A stretch of DNA of 64,000 nt from assembly GCA_012295275.1 (NCBI GenBank), contig CM022670.1:29388001-29452000 (forward strand), written 5' to 3'. The translations under genes and the position numbers were made by a program. Positions 54,364 to 64,000 of this stretch are shown in pieces. Within the stretch, counting starts at the first letter, position 1, and each line of letters opens with the position of its first letter. Origin of the DNA: Chrysomallon squamiferum (taxonomy: Eukaryota > Animalia > Mollusca). The notes below the pieces were generated by a model that saw only the letters and a list, made by a program, of their open reading frames with translations, did not search any database and was not told the DNA's origin.

Positions 54364-55062
54364 TAGTAATAATAATAATAACAGTAATGAAAACAACAAT
54401 AAAAACAACAACTATAATAATAATAATAACTATAATAATAATTATTATTATTAAATGCATATAGGTGTACTTCATATGATGAACATTAAAAATATTCAAA
54501 ACTTAAGTTTAATTATGAATGACAACATTAACTTTTTAACATGTTTCAAAGGCTTAAGAATATAATCTGTTTAAGCCAGATATTTCTGCTACTGTTGCTG
54601 TAACTACTGATACTACACAAACTACTACTATTACTACTACTACTACTACTACTACTACTATACTTACCGTTCACCAAACCGGATGTATTCTGGAATTTCT
54701 GTTGCTGTTATTGCTATATAATTATTTGAAATTGTTTTCTTAGAAAAGAAAGATGTATTTACATATTGCCGATACTAAATTATCATACAAAGAAATGGTA
54801 AGGTTAACAATGAATAATATTTAATTGACACTTAAGAAAAATATAAAATTGCAATTAATTATACGAGACTGTGTATGAATACATAAATAAAGGAATTTAA
54901 AAAAGAAGATTCGCCATCAAAAGAAAACAAAAAACATTTCACAAGGGTTAGAAATGCAAATAGGAGAAGGAAGGAAAGAAATATTTAAATACTTTTTTAA
55001 GGGATGAATCAAAGCCTAAAGGTGTTCTAGAAATGCGATAATAATGGAACAGATTTCCCCCC

Positions 55063-55071
55063 TTCTCTCTC

Positions 55072-55170
<99 letters not shown>

Positions 55171-55180
55171 GTGTGTGTGT
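55063..55180. repeat. (CT)n then (GT)n microsatellite
   Basis: Direct read. Confidence 0.9.
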
Positions 55181-55766
55181 CAATTATAGTTAAAGAAAAA
55201 TAATTTGTCTACTAAAATCCCATATGTTATATATGATGCTATAAGTAAATAATTCTAATACAGCATTTGTTTTCGAGATTCACAGTGGCTACAATTTTAA
55301 GATGGAACAATAGCTGTTCTTTTGTTAAGCGACAAAACTAATGAAGCAAATTAGACAACACTGAACATTTCTAAAGTAATTTCCTGCATAACCACGATAG
55401 CATCACAAAATTCACAATAATACGTAAATTTAATTACGAATAACAATATCTACAATCCGGTTCAGAACGACATACACGATTGACAATGTCCGGAACCTAT
55501 CTGTGTAAAATCTTATAGATAAGGCAAAGAGAGAAAGATACAATGTAATACAAATGACCAGTAATTAATACCGTAGATATATAAATCAGCAATATTTCTA
55601 TTTCATTGCAATAGAAAATAATACTTAATTGAAAATGGATGAAAATATTTTAATATAATAAATATAGGTATTGTACATTCAGAGGGGTTTTAATATAACA
55701 TAGTGATTGTTTTTTTCTTCATTATCTTTATTGAAATATTTTGATACTTATCCTGTGTTCAGAATG

Positions 55767-55821
55767 TATATAAACAGATTGCTGCTCCTTTACGAACCGT
55801 CAGAAGTTCATTACTTTCTTG
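55767..55821 (+). promoter_or_regulatory. TATA promoter and short non-coding exon 1 of the M4 peptidase gene
   Basis: TATATAAA at 55767-55774, initiator-like TCAG/TCATT at 55800-55812, donor TG|GTAAGT at 55821/55822; the same layout is conserved in the duplicate at about 60737-60799. Confidence 0.6.
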
Positions 55822-56113
55822 GTAAGTAGAAGATTATTAATAGCTGTATCTGTATTTGTAAGATTATAACTGAATTCAGATGTTCCAATGGTAAAAATAA
55901 ACTTTATATTTTTCAAAATTAAACTTTAAGGTTGTCGGATTACATAAGTGAAAATTCAGTACATTTTCGTTGTTCTTATATTAAGTGCGGTTAATATAAC
56001 TGATTTATGAACAACTTTTTAAAACTGTAATGATTTGCTGTTTGTTTTTTGCATAATCTTAGGAAAAGTGTCACATCACTTGTCTATCAGAAATTTTTGT
56101 TTTACATTTGTAT

Positions 56114-56153
<40 letters not shown>

Positions 56154-56382
56154 TGATAATAATAATAATAATAACAACATCTATAATATAATACTACTAA
56201 TAATAATGACAAGATAATAATTATAAGGCGACAAAATACTTTATTAAAGACATCGTTAGGAGATATTTAATTATTTTTAAGGTTTGTTTTAAATATAACC
56301 AGACACATGATTATATTTGACTTTTATGACAATGTACCGAATATAATGTTTCAGGTGTATGAAAGCTTTCTCATAACTGACA

Positions 56383-58942
56383 ATGGCGATCAACATTCTG
56401 CTGCTGACAGGTAAAATGCTTCCTTCTAGGCTTACGTTTTTAAATACTTATACCAGTTAGATACAGCCTGTAAAAAAACATGTAAAAGATCTAACTACGT
56501 ATCTACATATCAATAACCAAATACTAATATACTTACATGCATGAATGTATGTATGAATGTGTGCATGTACTTAGACATTCTTACCTAATAAATAAATGTT
56601 GTTTAATTTTATTAAATCTTTGGCGTGTTCAGTATCAGATAATTAGTCTTACGTCCCATTTTAATATGAGAAATTAGTTACAAGGGTGGTTTTAGTTTAC
56701 TTTTTTCTTTAACCTTTCAGTTATTGCTACATTCATGATGGATGTCGTAAATGCTGGACATGTTGTGGATGCCAATAAGCGCTTTAAAGTTGGAAGCAAA
56801 ATGAGGTGGCTAACCAAAGAAACTCCGTCATTTCATAGAGCACTTGGGCTCTCCAATGACATCAGGATAAAACCAGAGGAAGAGACTTTTCAGACTGTGC
56901 ATGGTTCTGTTCAGCGCAAATTTAAAGAGGTATTTAAAGGGCTGGATGTACTCGGTGGGACTGTCGAGGCAGACGTTGACGAAAATGGTGAGTACCAAGG
57001 AGGTTTAATCGGCGGTACGATTGTTCTGGATATCGCTAGTGATGTACCAAACATTTATTGCAGGTATTCAAGAACAAAGGCAATCGCGAAAGTACTCGAG
57101 GAAGAAGGCCTACAGCAGTCAGATATTATAAATGTCAAAGTAAAGCCACGTCAAATATTCACCGATGATAAGAACAAAGCACATCTGGCCATTAAAGTGG
57201 AAATGCTAGCTGACACTGGGACTGAACTACGAAAACCTCATTATTACATAGATATGTGTACTGAGAAAATACTTAAACATTTCAACAAAATAACGACTGT
57301 AACCAAGTCGTCCACAGATTATAGTACTCAAACTAGCTCTGGATATACAGGAACAAACTCTGGAAGCACAGGTTATAACACAGGAACAATCTCTGGAAGT
57401 ACTGGTTATAACACAGGAACAAACTCTGGAAGTACAGGTTATAACACAGGAACAAACTCTGGAAGTACAGGTTATAACACAGAAACAAACTCTGGAAGTA
57501 CAGGTTATAACACAGGAACAAACTCTGGAAGTACAGGTTATAGCACAGGAAACTCCGGTCAAACTACTCCAACATGGTTACCAGGTTCAACAGAGTCGGG
57601 CTTGTCGACATATTCTGAAGGAACGGTCGAAACAGGAAGTACTTCGTCAGGCGGGACAAAAATAACACAGTCGGGAACGTCGGCACAGACAACCAGAAAG
57701 GTAACACAATTTCCTCCGACAACTGCCAAACCTGTACAATGCGGATTGGCAGTTGGGTTTGGGGGTAATCCTAAAACTGGTAAATATAGGTATGGAACAA
57801 ACTCCCGATGCCTTACTCCTAAAGTAAGTGGTACAAAATGTTTGATGGAAAATGAGTATGTTACTACGGTTGATTTGAAACAAACTACAGACACGCAGAA
57901 AACGACAGTTATAGAATTTGAATGTTCAGTAGGATACAGTGATGCAGTAAATGAAGCTTTTGGTCCTGCTACTGATAGCTTTTTTTATGGCACTATCACG
58001 CAGAGGATGATGAATGAATGGTACGGAGTCAATCCACTGAAGAAACCTTCACTGCTTGTTCATTACGGTAGAAGTGTGGAAAATGCATTTTGGTCGGGGT
58101 CATCTGTAATGCTTGGAGATGGGGATACTATGTTCTATCCTTTAGTCAATTTGGACACTATTGCACATGAAATGGGTCACGGAGTTACTGAAGCATATAG
58201 CAATTTAGAATACTCAGAACAATCTGGAGGTATGAATGAAGCTTTCTCTGATATTATGGGAGAAGCAGCTGAAAGTTTTTTCTTGAAGTATGTGAGTAAA
58301 TCGGAAAAGGACAACGACTGGTTGAGTGGAATGGAGGATACAAAAAATAAGAATGTACCTTTACGATATTTCGATAAGCCATCGCGTGACGGTTCTTCCA
58401 TCGACAAAGCAAGCGAATACACGAAAGGTCTTGATGTTCATCTTAGTAGTGGGGTTTATAACAGAGCCTTCTATCAAATCTCCAAGATTTACAAAGTTGC
58501 CATTAGATATGCGTTCGAGGCATTTCTGACTGCTAATCGAATATACTGGAAGACGAACTCCAACTTTGTTAATGGCGCCTGTGGGGTGATGAGAGCTGCT
58601 TACGGACTAGGTCTGGACGTAGACTCATTCAAGAAAGGTTTTGCTGCTGTAGAAATTGAAACTTGCAACATGAATGATTATTTGCAGATGTTGACACCTG
58701 ATCAGCCACGTAAAAGCATCAAAGTATCCAGTATCAGGCAGCCTGTGTTTGGAATTAGTCTGAAGGCTAGTACTTCTTCAGTAACCGTAACCGCTAGCGA
58801 TAAGAAAATCAAACTGGCGATTTCTACTACTTGGTCCAGAGATTCTCCTGCAGCCACTGGTCAAGGTTCTGTAACATGGTCAACTGGTGGAAAAACGGGC
58901 ACAATTTATGTCAGGCTGTTCACGGATGATGAAAAGAGATAA
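56383..58942 (+). CDS. Secreted thermolysin-family (M4) zinc metalloprotease, vibriolysin/pseudolysin-like, about 749 aa
   Basis: Coding exons 56383-56410 and 56721-58942 join (phase 1) to give signal peptide MAINILLLTVIATFMMDVVNA. FTP/PepSY-like propeptide; mature N-terminal motif GFGGNPKTGKYRYG; ENAFWSG..GDGDTMFYPLV; HEMGH at 58166-58180; GGMNEAFSD (third Zn ligand); LDVHLSSGVYNRAFY; PPC-like C-terminal beta domain. AATAAA at 58978 and 59002. Confidence 0.92.
57341..57559 (+). repeat. In-frame 33-bp (11-aa) tandem repeat TGYNTGTNSGS, about 6.5 copies
   Basis: Unit acaggttataacacaggaacaaactctggaagt within the M4 CDS. Confidence 0.95.
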
Positions 58943-59384
58943 TTCTGTCGCAGCTGACGTTTTCTGTTCAGTAAAATAATAAAGGTCGGATAAACTAATG
59001 TAATAAAGATCTGTCGAAATATAGTCGATGTTTGTTTTTAATATTGAATTTTTAGGTTACATAAACCTTTACATAAATCCAACAGTAACAACAAAAGCAA
59101 CAACGATGATAAAATAGTCAATGACCTTCAGATACAGTCGAAATAAAAATTCATATCATTATAAAACTACCCATCTTATTAGCAAAGATAAATGTCAAAA
59201 ATGAATTATATAAGTGATATTTGAGGATTTATACTTTTACCAGATAAAAGAAAAATCAGACGTTAAAGATACTTTCACCATACAGTATAATGGAATAGGA
59301 CAGTGATAATTATAAAATTCAGCTCAATCACACACAACTGATTACCGTAGAACGACGTGTATTATTAACTGCAATACATTTCAG

Positions 59385-59670
59385 TTTTCTATGTATAATT
59401 TACGTTTTCTTAGAACAGTCTGCTGCATGAAATTAGGTACTCTTAGTCCTATTTACGTTTTCTGCATTATAAATGAGGTTACACAGCAGAATTTACATTT
59501 CCTACGTTATAAGTTTTCTGAAAACGATTTAGGTTTTCTGTAGCACAAACTAAGTTTACTGAGTACAATTTATGTTTTTTATATTATAAATTAATTTTTC
59601 AGCACCTTTTTAAAATTTTCTAAATTACAAATTAAGTCTCCTGAGTATGATTTACGTTTTCTACAGCAAT
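59385..59670. repeat. Highly degenerate minisatellite, period about 40 bp
   Basis: Recurrent atttacgttttct...aaattaag motifs. Confidence 0.4.
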
Positions 59671-60174
59671 ATTAATTAAGTAATGTTTCTTGCAAGATGA
59701 TAGTGTTTATGCAAAGATAAAAGCTATATAACGTCTTCTAAATATATGTTGCTTGATATGTAATAAAGATTATACATTTCTTTCACCCTTGCATGTACAT
59801 TAAACGACAACGATGGTGTGACCGACAACTACAACAATAATAAATAGAAGCATTAAAAAAATCAGATTTTCTATATTTTCAAACCTTTATTAAAATAAAA
59901 TAAGTTTAGTGTAATACAGAAATTTTATCACTAGTATTTTCTTTTATATGTATTCATTAAACTGAATCATAAGAAGTGATTATGGTTTCAAAATGTTTGA
60001 ATAATAATAATTACAACAGTCTTTCCATGCTTTGTTGAGATGTATACGCTACATATCAATTTAAACAAACAGTAAAATTTACTGAATAAAAGTTAAACTG
60101 AAAATGTCTTCAAAATATAGATAACACTGCAACATAGTTTCACACATCTTTTTTCTACATCTTTTCTTAGTTCT

Positions 60175-60925
60175 ATTAAAAAATATTTTGTCTCAAACTC
60201 GATTTAAAAAAAAATATATCTGAATTATAATAATTAGGCCTATTCAAGACTAAAACGCAATAATTCTTTTGTAAACTTTATGGTTGCCATTTTCAATATC
60301 GTCCCAGGAAGAAAGAATAAATATTTGGTCCTTAAATGACAATGTAATGATGTAAATTAGATAAAATCGGACGTTTCTGAAGTAATTTCCTGTGAATCAG
60401 ATATTATCGTAATATTCACACAGATACATACATTTAATTAATATATACCACTGAGTCTAGAGGAGATACACGACTGACAATGTCCCATAACTAGCTAGAT
60501 TAAATAACTAGTGAAAGCAGTCAACAAGATACAAACGGCTTGCAACGAAACACCGTTAATATCTAAATCAGCAAATATTCCATTTCTTTATAACAGGTAA
60601 TACAAATTAGTTACACACGAATGAAAATCTTTCATCATATTTAAAACAGATACTGAGATAATTACACAACAATTACTGTTGTTTATTTTAATATTATCTT
60701 TATTGAAATATATCGAAATGTATCTATTGTTCTAAATATATATAAAAAACTTACTTCATGTAACATCTGAAGAACAACTTCATTACTCTCTTGGTAAGTA
60801 GAACAATTATAATCATATCTTTCTTTGAGAGTTAGATTACAACCAGAATTATGAAGTTTCTAACAGTTAAAAAACAGACTTTCTATTTTACCAGATTAAA
60901 CTTTGAGTTAACCAGATTCCACAAA
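60175..60925 (+). other. Diverged duplicate of the M4 promoter, non-coding exon 1 and start of intron 1 (5' end of a paralogue, or a relic)
   Basis: Collinear with about 55190-55950: aaattagac/taa...tttcta/gaagtaatttcctg; atacacgat/ctgacaatgtcc; attatctttattgaaata; TATATAAA; ttcattactt/ctcttg|gtaagtagaa. Confidence 0.75.
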
Positions 60926-62302
60926 TTAAGTAGTTGCTACGTTATAAATGCTTGTAATGTTACTAAATCTTTTAATAGTATTATCCTAATCATTCTTTTC
61001 TATTTCTGTTTCAGTTATAGGCACATTTAAAATAATAATAATAAATAATATATACATACATACATACATACATACAGACACACACATATATATAAAACTA
61101 TGATACCGATTTTCTTGAAATAGTGATACATTTAATGTTAAAACTTTATGTAAATATTTTCATTCTACTGGGTTGGAACTATTACTGAAAAATGGAATAA
61201 ATGACACGAATTTGGTTGATTAAATCTATGTACAGATATCTAAATAATGTCTTTGAACTACATTTGAAAAACCAATAAGAACCTTCGTTCCAACCCAATA
61301 TCTTGGTTGGATAAAAACTGACGACAAATTTAAATTTGTTTAAATTCTTCATTATAAATACAAAACAAATTCTCTTTAACTTTATTCTTTGCAACAGTTC
61401 AACTTCTTTTAAAGTTTCTTTCTGTTAAAGTATATATGGTCAAACCTTTTATATCCCCTGTATATCGCCCCTGTATATCGTCATCCCATTTTTTCGCTCA
61501 CAGATACTTCGGGCGGCACAGTCTAATGCAAACGGAAAATAAAATTCCTCGATAAACAGCCATTAGCCAATGTTTCTGCGATGATCAGATCTATATACAT
61601 TATCAAGCAAATGAAAATGATATCGTTCGATGCAGTTATTTAAAAAAAAATGTGAGAGGAAATCAACTTGGTATACCGAAAATGCTTTTATCAGTTGTTT
61701 CACTTACATTTATGTACTGAGACTTCATACACTTTGCTGAATGTATGACAATTTAAGGTACATGGCCGATTCATTAGTCAAAAATTGTTACTTAATTCAA
61801 ATAAAGTTTCTCTAATAGTTTAAATATTTTGAAAAATTGCATGTACTTCAGTCAATTTATAAATAAAAATGTAACATAACTTTATAAAGAAATGCACTTA
61901 CCGCCTTGTGTTTTGGATTTAAAACCAAACATTCGATGTAAGTAGTTCAACAATTAGCATTTTCTTCTTTAAATCCGTTGGTTAATACTTAATCGCTTAT
62001 GAAGGAAATAAAGGGATTTATAATTCAGCATACTTTTTATCATTCTCTCAGACAAATGGGTAAGAACTGGAGCATACTGGAGCATTCTGGGGCCAGTTCT
62101 GGTTTGATGCATGTTTTAAGTAATTCATGATCTCAGAAAACTCGTTATACTACCAAACACAGTCAACTCTAAAATCAGTTATAAAGAGCCAACAGAACAT
62201 ACTACTCGTATATTATTAGCTATTCTTATCGTAACACAGAAGTATCATATGTCGAATAACGTTAGTTAAACTAACAGTTTTATATATAGCATAGAAGTAT
62301 CA

Positions 62303-62722
62303 TACTTGTCTAATAGTAGGTAATATTATACTTGTCTAATACTAGATAATCTTATACTTGTGTAATACTAGATACTCTAATAGTTGTCTAATACTAGGTA
62401 ATCTAATACTTGTCTAATACTAGATAACTTGATACCGGTCTAATACTAGCTAATTTAATTCTAATTCAATTATAGACACATTTAAAATAATACAAGGTAA
62501 CCTAATACTTGTCTAATACTAGGTAATCTAATACTTGTCTAATACAAGATAATCTGATACTTGTCTAATACTAGATAACTGGACCTTGTCTAAAGCCAGG
62601 TACTTTAGTACTTGTCTAATACTAGGTAATCTAATACTTGTCTAATACTAGGTAATCTAATACTTGTCTAATACTTGTCAAATATTAGAAAATTTAATAT
62701 TTATTTAATATTAGATAATCTA
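62303..62722. repeat. 26-bp tandem repeat
   Basis: Unit tacttgtctaatactaggtaatctaa; degenerate and interrupted at about 62450-62490. Confidence 0.85.
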
Positions 62723-62886
62723 ATTATTTTATTAGTCAGTTTTTTAACAGTATACTTCTTACCTTCAGATTTTGTAAATAATACATTTTATTATTCAGTT
62801 TACGTTTTAGTACTAAAATAATATTTACTCATACTATTGCAACAGCTGTTGCTTCTGTCGTTGTTACTATTACTGATACAAAGTAT

Positions 62887-62932
<46 letters not shown>

Positions 62933-63379
62933 TGATGATGATGATTATACAACAACAATAATAATGATGATGATGATAATGATGATAATAAAACAATAAC
63001 AACAACAATAATAATACTAATAAAATAATAATGTAAACAGAAATGTTTTCGGTAATTCATAGACGTCTGAGGACTGACAAGCAGAGAACAAACACAGATG
63101 CTTGATCCTTTCGTCACGTTGATTCGTTTGTATAAATTATAAATAAATAAATAAATAAATAAAAGCATCTTAGAAAAACTGTCGAGATGTCTTTTAAATT
63201 CTTCAGTCCGAAGTGATGTGCGTTAAAATATATATAATCTTCCTCTATTAATTTCGTCTAAATTCTCATTTTATTATCAAATTATTGCAGCAAACTAGAA
63301 AACGCTTCTGATACGCCGCCGCTAGTTGGTGCAACGAACAATGTAACATCCAATGTATTTTGCCAAATTTCTTTTTTCT

Positions 63380-63923
63380 GGCCGTGGATCTTAAGAAAGT
63401 GAGTGCAAAGGACAGTGCTGAGAAGAAGAAGCAGATGATGTCCATTGAATTAAAGCTCGAATTCATAAAAAAATATGAACGAGGTGTGCATATAGCCGAC
63501 TTGGCTAGGCAGTATGAGCATATGTACCATACTGAAATTGAAGGAATCAGTAAAGGCTGTAACTCAAACCAAAGGCAAAAAATAATTTGTCTGATGTCCA
63601 AGATAAATACACTTTACAAAACCAATTTATTTCTTTACATTCTCTTTTATTTAGTTTTTTGCAATATTTGTCATTTATAAATACAGTTTTCTTATTTAAA
63701 AATACATTACCAAATAATAAAAAAAAATAATAATAATAAAAAAAAATAATAATAAAATAAAATAAAAAAAATAAAAAATAAAAATGGGGTGATTTTTGGG
63801 GGCTGGAACGGATTAATGGTATCTCAATTAATTTCAGTTGGGAAAATTAATTTGATATAAGAACAAACTGAGATACGAGCTCGGTCACGGAATGAATTAA
63901 ACTTGTAAGTCAAGGTACAACTG
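63380..63923 (+). mobile_element. Truncated Tigger/pogo (TIGD1-like) element
   Basis: Remnant KKVSAKDSAEKKKQMMSIELKLEFIKKYERGVHIADLARQYE (CENP-B/psq HTH). Right end ...cttgtaagtcaaggtacaactg|TA at 63923. DDE domain deleted; left TIR not seen. Confidence 0.75.
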
Positions 63924-64000
63924 TAACTTTATTTATTTATTTTTTTAATTATTTTTTAAATTTGGTTTACACATTTCATCTTAATTTTTTTTGATATAAT

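Noticed and set aside
57341-57559. Ice-nucleation protein repeat
   Set aside because: Shares GY/GST residues, but the period is 11 rather than 8/16 and there are only about 6 copies
56721-58942. Bacterial contaminant or chimeric contig
   Set aside because: The signal peptide is split by a GT-AG intron; TATA and polyA signals and microsatellite-rich flanks are present; no operon or Shine-Dalgarno context

Overview
AT-rich, intron-containing animal DNA, most likely from a gastropod or other mollusc (inferred from a decayed Nin-type SINE, the gene content and a spliced M4 peptidase). In order it contains: (1) the 3' part of a FAT1/FAT3/kugelei-type giant cadherin (1-15242, +), with two candidate 21-nt microexons missed by the ORF track; (2) a PA-TM-RING E3 ligase of the Goliath/RNF130/RNF150 family (22355-26140, +); (3) mitochondrial metalloprotease OMA1 (32593-36569, +), with a GC-AG intron; (4) a TE-rich intergenic block with a Sola2-like element and two MITEs; (5) CZIB/C1orf123 (42917-47003, -); (6) a 4.2-kb array of a 49-bp satellite; (7) a bacterial-type thermolysin/vibriolysin (M4) secreted metalloprotease with spliceosomal introns, a TATA promoter and an 11-aa repeat insert (56383-58942, +). 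A diverged duplicate of the M4 promoter and first exon follows, suggesting a tandem cluster of a domesticated, horizontally acquired protease. All exon calls were read by hand from splice signals and frame continuity; no database searches were run.
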